Source: Alphaproteobacteria bacterium (GTDB lineage Bacteria; Pseudomonadota; Alphaproteobacteria; Sphingomonadales; Sphingomonadaceae). From it: 64,000 nucleotides of DNA. Of this stretch, positions 39,435-48,176 are shown one piece after another; position 1 is the stretch's first letter, and every line of letters starts with the position of its first letter. The translations under genes were made by a program, and so were the position numbers. The notes beneath the pieces were generated by a model that did not search any database, had not been told where the DNA came from, and was given only the letters and a program-made list of their open reading frames with translations. The stretch is from contig JAFAZW010000006.1 in NCBI GenBank assembly GCA_019239415.1, forward strand, positions 1,959 to 65,958, written 5' to 3'.

Positions 39435-39704
39435 TCAGTTGATCGTCACGACCCCGTCGACCGCGCGCCATTCGGCCGGGCGGATGAGGTGCTGGTGGGC
39501 GACGCGGACGGAATGGATCGCCGCCTCGACGTTGACCCGCCAATGATCGAGGAAGCGGTGCAGCTCCGGGAAGCGCGGCGCGACGTCGTAATGCTGCCAG
39601 ACGAACAGCTGGAGCAGGGCCGGATGGTCGGGCATGTAATAGCTGATCTCGGCCGTCATCAGGCCGTAGCCCTCGAGCTGGAGCCGGAAATCGCGATCCA
39701 TCAC
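39435..39704 (-). CDS. Usg family protein
   Basis: 89 aa. LEGYGLMTAEISYYMPDHPALLQLFVWQHYDVAPRFPEL ... HSVRVAH matches the Usg family. Confidence 0.8.
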   Translation of the reverse strand: MMDRDFRLQLEGYGLMTAEISYYMPDHPALLQLFVWQHYDVAPRFPELHRFLDHWRVNVEAAIHSVRVAHQHLIRPAEWRAVDGVVTIN

Positions 39705-39816
39705 GCCTTCTCCTCCTGACCGGCCGGAGGATAGAGGCCAAAGCTTAACGCGACGCTAACCATGACGCCTCCGTCCCCTGCCGTCACCGTACCGGCGGGG
39801 AGGGAAGAATCGCCAG

Positions 39817-39839
39817 GGCGGCGGATTCGTTCCGCCGCC
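39817..39839 (-). terminator. candidate terminator hairpin at the end of the suf operon
   Basis: Perfect 9-bp stem GGCGGCGGA / TCCGCCGCC with a 5-nt loop, 8 nt after the stop at 39848. The downstream U-tract is weak. Confidence 0.35.
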
Positions 39840-39847
39840 GTGTCGCG

Positions 39848-40120
39848 TCACTCGGTGATGTAGGCGCCCGGGCGGAAGATGTCGGCGAGGAAGTCCTGCC
39901 CGCCGGGCGAGGCGTTGACCTGCTGCAGGAACTGGATCGTCCGCAGCGCCGCGTCGCCGAAGCGCCAGCCGCAGCTGTCGAAGGTGCAGCGGTCGAACTG
40001 CGGATGCGCGCCGCCGCGATAGACGAGCGTCACGGCGTCGAAGCGGCAGTCGGCCAAGGCGTTGCCGTCGGTCTCGACCTCGGCGCCGGCGGCGAAATTC
40101 TGGTTGGCGTAGTCGGTCAA
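39848..40120 (-). CDS. hypothetical 90-aa protein, last gene of the suf cluster
   Basis: Starts 10 nt after the upstream gene and has good GC3 bias. Three Cys are present (CRFD, RCTFDSC). No family recognised. Confidence 0.5.
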   Translation of the reverse strand: MTDYANQNFAAGAEVETDGNALADCRFDAVTLVYRGGAHPQFDRCTFDSCGWRFGDAALRTIQFLQQVNASPGGQDFLADIFRPGAYITE

Positions 40121-40130
40121 CGCGGTCTCC

Positions 40131-40502
40131 TCAGACGGTGAAGCTCTCGCCGCAGCCGCAGCTGCCCTTGGCGTTGGGATTGTCGAACACGAAGCCGGCG
40201 GTGAAGTCGTCCTCGCGCCAGTCCATCGTCGAGCCGATCAGGTAGAGGATCGAGGCCGCGTCGATGAAGAAGGGGCCGGCCGGCGTCTCGATCCGCTCGT
40301 CGCGCGGGTCGGCCTCGGCGACGAAGCCGACCGAGTAAGCGAGGCCCGAGCAGCCGCGGCGCGGCGTCGACAGCTTGACGCCCACCGTGCCGTCCGGCGC
40401 CTTGGCCATCAGCGCGGCGACGCGCGCCTCGGCGGCGGGGGTGAGCGTCACCGCCGCGGGGCGGGGGCGGCGGGTCCGTGTCTCGGTCTTCGTCTTCGTC
40501 AT
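40131..40502 (-). CDS. iron-sulfur cluster assembly accessory protein (HesB/IscA/SufA A-type carrier)
   Basis: C-terminal CGCGESF motif plus an upstream Cys (RRGCSGLAY). The N-terminal Thr/Arg-rich extension may reflect an alternative GTG start. Confidence 0.88.
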   Translation of the reverse strand: MTKTKTETRTRRPRPAAVTLTPAAEARVAALMAKAPDGTVGVKLSTPRRGCSGLAYSVGFVAEADPRDERIETPAGPFFIDAASILYLIGSTMDWREDDFTAGFVFDNPNAKGSCGCGESFTV

Positions 40503-40517
40503 CTCTCTCTTTCTCCG

Positions 40518-40609
40518 CCCCTCCCTGGAAGGGAGGGGTCGGGGGTGGGTAGCCCGAAGGGCTCGCTTCGCTCGCGACCCACCCCTCGCCCCTCCCTTCC
40601 AGGGAGGGG
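40518..40609. repeat. family-C inverted-repeat element, copy C2 (92 bp)
   Basis: The left terminal inverted repeat is CCCCTCCCTGGAAGGGAGGGGTCGGGGGTGGGT (40518..40550). Its inverted partner is ACCCACCCCTCGCCCCTCCCTTCCAGGGAGGGG (40577..40609). Confidence 0.85.
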
Positions 40610-40614
40610 AGTTG

Positions 40615-41070
40615 TCACAGCATGCCCAGCTCCAGCCTCGCCTCGTCGCTCATCTTGGCGGGGTCCCAGGGCGGGTCCCAGACGAGCTCGACCTCGGCGT
40701 CGCCGATGCCGGGGACCGAGCCGACGCGCAGCTCGACCTCGCCGGGCATCGATTCGGCGACGGGGCAGTGCGGCGTGGTCAGCGTCATCTTGATCTTCGC
40801 GTGGCGCTCGGGCGTGATGGCGACATCGTAGATGAGGCCGAGATCGTAGATGTTGACCGGGATCTCCGGATCGTAAATGTCCTTCAGCGCCTCGATCACC
40901 GCCTCGTAAAGGTCGCCGCCGGGCGCCTCGGCCCCGCTTTCGGGCGGCGTCGCCTTGAGGAAACCTTCGAGATAGTCGCGCTTGCGCTCGAACACGTCCG
41001 AGACGCGCGCCTTGGGGGGCGGCGCGACGCCGTCGACCTCTTCGATCTCGATCCTGCGTTCCTCGTTCAC
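40615..41070 (-). CDS. sufT: SUF system Fe-S assembly protein SufT (DUF59/MIP18 family)
   Basis: IYDPEIPVNIYDLGLIY ... TTPHCP motif. The GTG start overlaps the sufS stop. Confidence 0.85.
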   Translation of the reverse strand: MNEERRIEIEEVDGVAPPPKARVSDVFERKRDYLEGFLKATPPESGAEAPGGDLYEAVIEALKDIYDPEIPVNIYDLGLIYDVAITPERHAKIKMTLTTPHCPVAESMPGEVELRVGSVPGIGDAEVELVWDPPWDPAKMSDEARLELGML

Positions 41071-42344
41071 CCGAAGATCCTCCGAACCCGATCCAGCCCC
41101 GCGACGAGCGCGTCGATGTCGCGCGGACCGTTATAGACGCCGAAGCTGGCGCGGGCGGTCGCGTCGACGCCCAATCGCGCCATCAGCGGCTGCGCGCAAT
41201 GATGGCCGGCGCGGATGGCGACGCGGCTCTCGTCCAATATGGTGCCGACGTCGTGCGGATGCACCCCCTCGACGGCGAAGCTGACGATGCCGGCGCTGTC
41301 CTCGGGGCCGAACAGGCGGACGCTGTTGAGGCCGCGCAGCGCATCCCGCGCCTGCCCCACCAGCGCATCCTCGTGGGCCGCGATCGCCTCGAGGCCGATC
41401 CCTTGCACATAGTCAATGGCGGCGGCGAGGCCGAGAACGCCGACGACGTGCGGCGTGCCGGCCTCGAAGCGCGCCGGCGGCGCGGCGTAGGTCGTCCTTT
41501 CGAAGGTGACCCTGTCGATCATCGCGCCGCCGCCCTGCACCGGCGGCATGGCCGCGAGCAGGTCGCCGCGGCCCCACAGCACGCCGATGCCGGTCGGGCC
41601 GTACAGCTTGTGGGCGGAGAAGACGTAGAAGTCGCAGCCGAGCGCCGCGACGTCGACCGGCATGCGCGGCACCGCCTGGCACCCGTCGAGGAGAAGGAGC
41701 GCGCCGACCTTGTGCGCGATCGCGGCGGCGCGCCGGGCGTCGAGGACCGAGCCGAGCACGTTCGAGACGTGGGCGAGGGCGACGAGCTTGTGCCGCTCCG
41801 TGAGCATCGCTTCGGCCGCCTCGAGGTCGATGCGGCCGTCCTGCGTCAGCGGCGCCACGTCGATGACGGCGCCCGTGCGCTCGGCGACGAGCTGCCAGGG
41901 CACGATGTTGGAATGATGCTCGAGGACCGAGAGAAGGATGCGGTCGCCGGGCTTCAGGAAAGTCCCGCCCCAGCTCTGCGCGACGAGGTTGATCCCTTCC
42001 GTCGCGCCGCGGACGAAGACGATCTCCTCCGGCGCCGGTGCGCCGAGAAAGGCCGCTACCTTGCGCCGCGCGGCTTCGAAGGCGAGCGTCATCTCCGCCG
42101 AGCGCTGGTACACGCCGCGGTGGACGGTGGCGTAGGTCTCGGCATAACCGGCGGTGATGGCGTCGATCACGGGCCGCGGCTTCTGGGCGGTGGCGGCGGT
42201 GTCGAGATAGGCCCAGCCGTCGGGGATGGCGGGGAAGTCGGCGAGGAGGTCGAGGGGGGCGACGTCGATCCCTCTCCCTTTGCGGGAGAGGGTATTCTTC
42301 GCGTCAGCGAAGGGGGGGTGAGGGGACGAGATCGCAGAATCCAT
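41067..42344 (-). CDS. sufS: cysteine desulfurase SufS
   Basis: YLDTAATAQKP, the PLP-Lys context SAHKLYGPTGIG, and RAGHHCAQP are present. The only plausible start is ATG 42344, which lies inside repeat C4 and gives a ~25-aa N-terminal extension. Confidence 0.9.
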   Translation of the reverse strand: MDSAISSPHPPFADAKNTLSRKGRGIDVAPLDLLADFPAIPDGWAYLDTAATAQKPRPVIDAITAGYAETYATVHRGVYQRSAEMTLAFEAARRKVAAFLGAPAPEEIVFVRGATEGINLVAQSWGGTFLKPGDRILLSVLEHHSNIVPWQLVAERTGAVIDVAPLTQDGRIDLEAAEAMLTERHKLVALAHVSNVLGSVLDARRAAAIAHKVGALLLLDGCQAVPRMPVDVAALGCDFYVFSAHKLYGPTGIGVLWGRGDLLAAMPPVQGGGAMIDRVTFERTTYAAPPARFEAGTPHVVGVLGLAAAIDYVQGIGLEAIAAHEDALVGQARDALRGLNSVRLFGPEDSAGIVSFAVEGVHPHDVGTILDESRVAIRAGHHCAQPLMARLGVDATARASFGVYNGPRDIDALVAGLDRVRRIFG

Positions 42345-42404
42345 TGCCCTCACCCTCCCACCGCTTCGCGGCGGGCCCCTCCCTCTCTCGCAAGGGGAGA
42401 GGGG
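42270..42404. repeat. family-C-related inverted-repeat element, copy C4 (135 bp), overlapping the sufD 3' and sufS 5' coding ends
   Basis: The left arm is CCCTCTCCCTTTGCGGGAGAGGG...GGGGGGGTGAGGGG. The right arm is CCCTCACCCTCCCACC...CCCCTCCCTCTCTCGCAAGGGGAGAGGGG. It is an imperfect inverted repeat with hairpin termini. Confidence 0.7.
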
Positions 42405-43486
42405 TTCAGGAACCAGTCCTCCGCATCCGCCTCGAAGGCTTCCCGCACCGCCTCCTCGCCGATCCGCGCGAGCGCGTCGGCGACGAAGGCGCGGGTGAGG
42501 AGGGCCTTGGCCTCCGCCTCCGGCACGCCGCGCGAGCGCAGGTAGAAGAGCGCGTCGCGGTCGAGTTCGCCGACCGTGGCGCCGTGGGCGCATTTGACGT
42601 CGTCGGCGAAGATCTCGAGCTCGGGCTTGGCGTTGATCGTGGCGCCGCGGTCGAGGAGCAGGCCCTTGAGCGACTGGGCGGCGTCGGTCTTCTGGGCGGC
42701 GCGGGCCACTTCGACGCGGGCGGCGACCGAGCAGGCGGCGCGATCGCTTGCCACCGAGCGCCACACCTGGCGGCTCATGCCCGAAGGCAGATCGTGCGCG
42801 ACGACGAGGTTCGCGTCGTGGCGCTGGCGGGCCCGGGCGAGGAGGGCGCCGCCGGCCTCGGCGTAGGCGCCCTCGCCGGCAAGCCGGATCGTCGCGTCGA
42901 GCCGCGTGTCGGCGCCGCCGCCGGCCAGAGCGGTCGCGACGAGGCTCGCGCCTTCGCCGACCGTGGCGCGATCGGTCAGGCTGACGAAGCCGGCGGCGGC
43001 GAGCACGCGCCGGGCGAGCATCAGCCGCGCGCCGCGGAACAGGATTATGCCGCTCAAGCGGTTCGCCCAGCCGTCGCCCACGAAGGTCTCGACGACCGAT
43101 GCCTGCGCGTCCTCGTCGAGGACGATCTCGGCGGCGAGATGGTCGGCGCCGCCGCTGGCGACGTGGACGATCTGCACGAGGCCTTGCGGGGCATGGTCGC
43201 GGCCGAGGCGGAGGCGCCAGCCTTCGCGCCCGGCGAGGCGGCCGAGGGCGTGGCCGCCCGGATCGACGCCGGCAGGGCCGACCGCGACGACGCCCGGGTC
43301 GCTCCGCTCGGCGACGAAGCGGCCGTCCACGAACAGCAGCCGCGGGCCGGGCAGCGCGCAATCGATCCACGGCAAGGCTTCGGGGATCGTTCCCAGGCCT
43401 TGGCGGGCGGCGATCTCGGGCAGTGCCGAGACGTCGCTCCACCGCCAGGCCTCGTCGCGATTCGAGGGGAGAAGGAGCGCCGTCAC
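42350..43486 (-). CDS. sufD: Fe-S cluster assembly protein SufD
   Basis: 378 aa with a GTG start. The C-terminal block KPELEIFADDVKCAHGATVGELD is typical of SufD. Confidence 0.9.
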   Translation of the reverse strand: MTALLLPSNRDEAWRWSDVSALPEIAARQGLGTIPEALPWIDCALPGPRLLFVDGRFVAERSDPGVVAVGPAGVDPGGHALGRLAGREGWRLRLGRDHAPQGLVQIVHVASGGADHLAAEIVLDEDAQASVVETFVGDGWANRLSGIILFRGARLMLARRVLAAAGFVSLTDRATVGEGASLVATALAGGGADTRLDATIRLAGEGAYAEAGGALLARARQRHDANLVVAHDLPSGMSRQVWRSVASDRAACSVAARVEVARAAQKTDAAQSLKGLLLDRGATINAKPELEIFADDVKCAHGATVGELDRDALFYLRSRGVPEAEAKALLTRAFVADALARIGEEAVREAFEADAEDWFLNPSPLAREGGARREAVGG

Positions 43487-43504
43487 GGCCGCGCTCCGAC
43501 CCAG

Positions 43505-43598
43505 CGAACAGCGACAGATGCGCGCGGAAGGTGCGAAAGGTTCGGCTTACGTTGGGTGAGAAGTGGCGGCGGAACCTTTCGAACTGTCGCTGTTGCGC
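43505..43598. repeat. 94-nt long imperfect hairpin in the sufC-sufD spacer
   Basis: The outer stem is GCGAACAGCGACAG / CTGTCGCTGTT(G)CGC. The inner stem is a perfect CGAAAGGTTC / GAACCTTTCG. Confidence 0.6.
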
Positions 43599-43611
43599 GA
43601 CGGCAGTCGTA

Positions 43612-43774
43612 CGCCCTCGCTCCTCCCCGGAACGGGGAGGGGGACCGCGACGCGGAGCGGCGCGGTGGAGCGGGCTCGGACTCCGATGCGGCGGAGAGGC
43701 CGGCCCCCGCCACCAGCCCCCGCCTTCGGCTACGTCCGGTTCCCCTCCCCGTGCCGGGGAGGAGCAAGGGGGCG
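43612..43774. repeat. inverted-repeat element C5 (163 bp) in the sufC-sufD spacer
   Basis: ~36-bp terminal inverted repeats. The left one is CGCCCTCGCTCCTCCCCGGAACGGGGAGGGGGACCG. The reverse complement of the right one is CGCCCCCTTGCTCCTCCCCGGCACGGGGAGGGGAACCG. Confidence 0.75.
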
Positions 43775-43781
43775 GTGCCGG

Positions 43782-44607
<826 letters not shown>

Positions 44608-44621
<14 letters not shown>

Positions 44622-45104
44622 TCGACTCGGTCCTAAGCCCCTCCCCTTCAGGGGAGGGGTTGGGGTGGGGCTTGTTCCATCGGCGGGGCGTTTGACCCAG
44701 CACGATAAGAAGGTGCCGCAGCACCCCGTCCAGGTTTCGCATTACATCACCGTTCGTGATGCGCACGATTCGGTAGCCACGGCAGCCGAGGATGTCGTCG
44801 CGGATCCGATCTTTGGTCTCGTCGTGGGTGTCGCCGTCCACCTCGACGATCAGCGCCCGTTGGGGGCAGAGGAAATCAGCGATGAAGCAGCCAATGACCG
44901 ACTGACGGCGGAACTCATGGCCGCCGAGCTGCCCGTTGGAGAGGTTTCTCCAAAGGCGCTTCTCCGGCTCCGTCGGGTTTCGGCGCATTTCGGCGGCGAG
45001 CGCGTGGAGGCGGCGGAGCTGCTCGACGGACAGGCCCCACCCCAAACCCCTCCCCTGAAGGGGAGGGGCTTCCTTACGCCAGCCCTTGTCCTCGTAGGGA
45101 CCGT

Positions 45105-45108
<4 letters not shown>
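44608..45108 (-). CDS. DUF559 endonuclease-domain protein (Vsr/restriction-endonuclease-like fold)
   Basis: The core is [17 protein letters not shown]...[35 protein letters not shown]...[20 protein letters not shown]. The ATG overlaps the sufB stop (ATGA) and the stop lies 12 nt inside sufC. GC3 is visibly lower than in the neighbours. Both ends of the ORF are encoded by the terminal repeats, so the true start may be internal. Confidence 0.78.
44638..45068. mobile_element. 431-bp element: DUF559 gene bracketed by ~34-bp family-C-type terminal inverted repeats (copy C3)
   Basis: The left terminal inverted repeat is CCCCTCCCCTTCAGGGGAGGGGTTGGGGTGGGG (44638..44670). The reverse complement of the right one (45035..45068) is CCCCTCCCCTTCAGGGGAGGGGTTTGGGGTGGGG. 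They are identical except for one extra T. Mobility is inferred, not shown. Confidence 0.5.
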
Positions 45109-46573
<1,465 letters not shown>

Positions 46574-46577
<4 letters not shown>

Positions 46578-46984
46578 GACGGCACCCGCGCCAGCTGTTC
46601 GAGGCTGACCGCCTGGAGCGCGCCGCGCACCGCGCCGTTGACCACGCCCATGTGCGGGCGGACGGCGCAGGCGCGCTCCAGGGCGCAGTCGTGGCGGCCG
46701 TGGTCGACGCAATTGGTCATCGCGATCGGCCCTTCGACCGCCTCCACGATGTCGGCGAGGCTGATCGCCTGCGCTCCCCGGGCAAGGCGGAAGCCGCCGC
46801 CGGCGCCGCGCGCCGTCGCCAGCAGGCCCGCCGCGGCGAGGCGGCCGGTCAGCTTCTGCGCGGTCGGCAGCGGGATGCCGGTCTCGGTCGCGAGCAAGGT
46901 GGCGCTGAGCCACGCGCCGGCCGGGTAGCGGGCAGCGGCGGCGAGGAGCACGACCGCATAGTCGGAAAGGGAGGTCAGGCGCAT
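46574..46984 (-). CDS. Rrf2-family transcriptional regulator of the suf operon (IscR/SufR-like)
   Basis: [19 protein letters not shown]-terminus and a wHTH domain. There is a Cys cluster ([16 protein letters not shown]) for an Fe-S ligand. The stop overlaps the sufB start. Confidence 0.85.
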
Positions 46985-47007
46985 AATCGGATCGATTCAG
47001 TCCGATT
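46985..47007. promoter_or_regulatory. inverted repeat AATCGGA-N9-TCCGATT abutting the Rrf2 regulator start codon
   Basis: Perfect 7-bp arms read directly. The position fits an autoregulatory operator, but I cannot match the motif to a known consensus from memory. Confidence 0.3.
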
Positions 47008-47102
47008 GCGCATGTGGCTGCTCGCGGCCGGTGATTCAAGCGCTTTATGCCTCGCCACGAGCTTCGCTCGCAGGGAGGCAGAAAGTGCGGCATAGCCGGG
47101 CT

Positions 47103-48137
47103 GTGAACGTCTACCCCTTTCTCCGCCCGATAATCTTCGCGCTCGACGCCGAGCGGGCGCATCGGCTCACCCTCGCCGCGCTGAAGCTCTGGCCCGCGCG
47201 CACGGCGCCTGAGCCGGACCCGATGCTCGCCACCACCGTCGCCGGCCTCGCCTTCCCCAACCCGGTCGGCCTCGCCGCCGGGTTCGACAAGGACGCGGAG
47301 GTCTTCGCGCCGATGCTCGGGTTCGGATTCGGGTTCGTCGAGGTGGGGACGCTGACGCCGCGACCGCAGGCGGGGAACCCGAAGCCGCGCCTGTTCCGGC
47401 TGCCCGAGGACCGGGCGGTGATCAACCGGATGGGGTTCAACAATGGCGGGCAGGCGGCGGCGCGGGCGCGGCTGGCGCGGCGTGGGCGCGGCATCGTCGG
47501 GGTGAACGTCGGTGCCAACAAGGATTCGGAGAATCGGGTCGCCGATTATGCCGGGGGCGTGCGGGCGATGGCGGACGTGGCCGACTATCTGACCGTCAAC
47601 GTTTCGTCGCCCAACACGCCGGGCCTCAGGGCGCTGCAGGGTCGGCGGGCGCTCGACGACTTGCTGCGAGCCGTGCTCGTGGCGCGCGGGCGCGACGGCC
47701 CGCCCATCTTCCTCAAGGTGGCGCCCGATCTGGAACGGGGGGACGTGGAGGACATCGCCGAGGTGAGCCTCGCGCGCGGCATCGACGCGCTGATCGTCGC
47801 CAACACGACGGTTTCCCGGCCGCCGCTCCGCTCTCGCCACGCGGCGGAGGGGGGAGGCTTGTCGGGGGCGCCGCTCAAGGCGCTGGCGCTGGAGCGGCTT
47901 GTCGATTTCCGCCGCGCGACCCGCGGCAGGCTGCCGCTCGTCGCGGCGGGCGGGATCGCGAGCGGGGCCGATGCCTATGAACGAATCCGGGCGGGGGCGA
48001 GCCTCGTCCAGCTCTACACGGCCCTCGTTTATGAGGGGCCGGGCCTGGCGCGGCGGATCTGCCGGGAGCTCAAGGCCCTGCTGGCGCGCGACGGATTCGC
48101 CAGGCTGGACGAAGCGGTCGGCAGCGCGGGCGCTTAG
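47103..48137 (+). CDS. pyrD: dihydroorotate dehydrogenase (quinone), class 2
   Basis: [20 protein letters not shown] and [11 protein letters not shown] are present. The start is uncertain (GTG 47103 or GTG 47085). Confidence 0.88.
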   Translation: MNVYPFLRPIIFALDAERAHRLTLAALKLWPARTAPEPDPMLATTVAGLAFPNPVGLAAGFDKDAEVFAPMLGFGFGFVEVGTLTPRPQAGNPKPRLFRLPEDRAVINRMGFNNGGQAAARARLARRGRGIVGVNVGANKDSENRVADYAGGVRAMADVADYLTVNVSSPNTPGLRALQGRRALDDLLRAVLVARGRDGPPIFLKVAPDLERGDVEDIAEVSLARGIDALIVANTTVSRPPLRSRHAAEGGGLSGAPLKALALERLVDFRRATRGRLPLVAAGGIASGADAYERIRAGASLVQLYTALVYEGPGLARRICRELKALLARDGFARLDEAVGSAGA

Positions 48138-48176
48138 CGCTTGCCCCGCAGGCGAAGCCGATTAGTGTCGCGCGCG

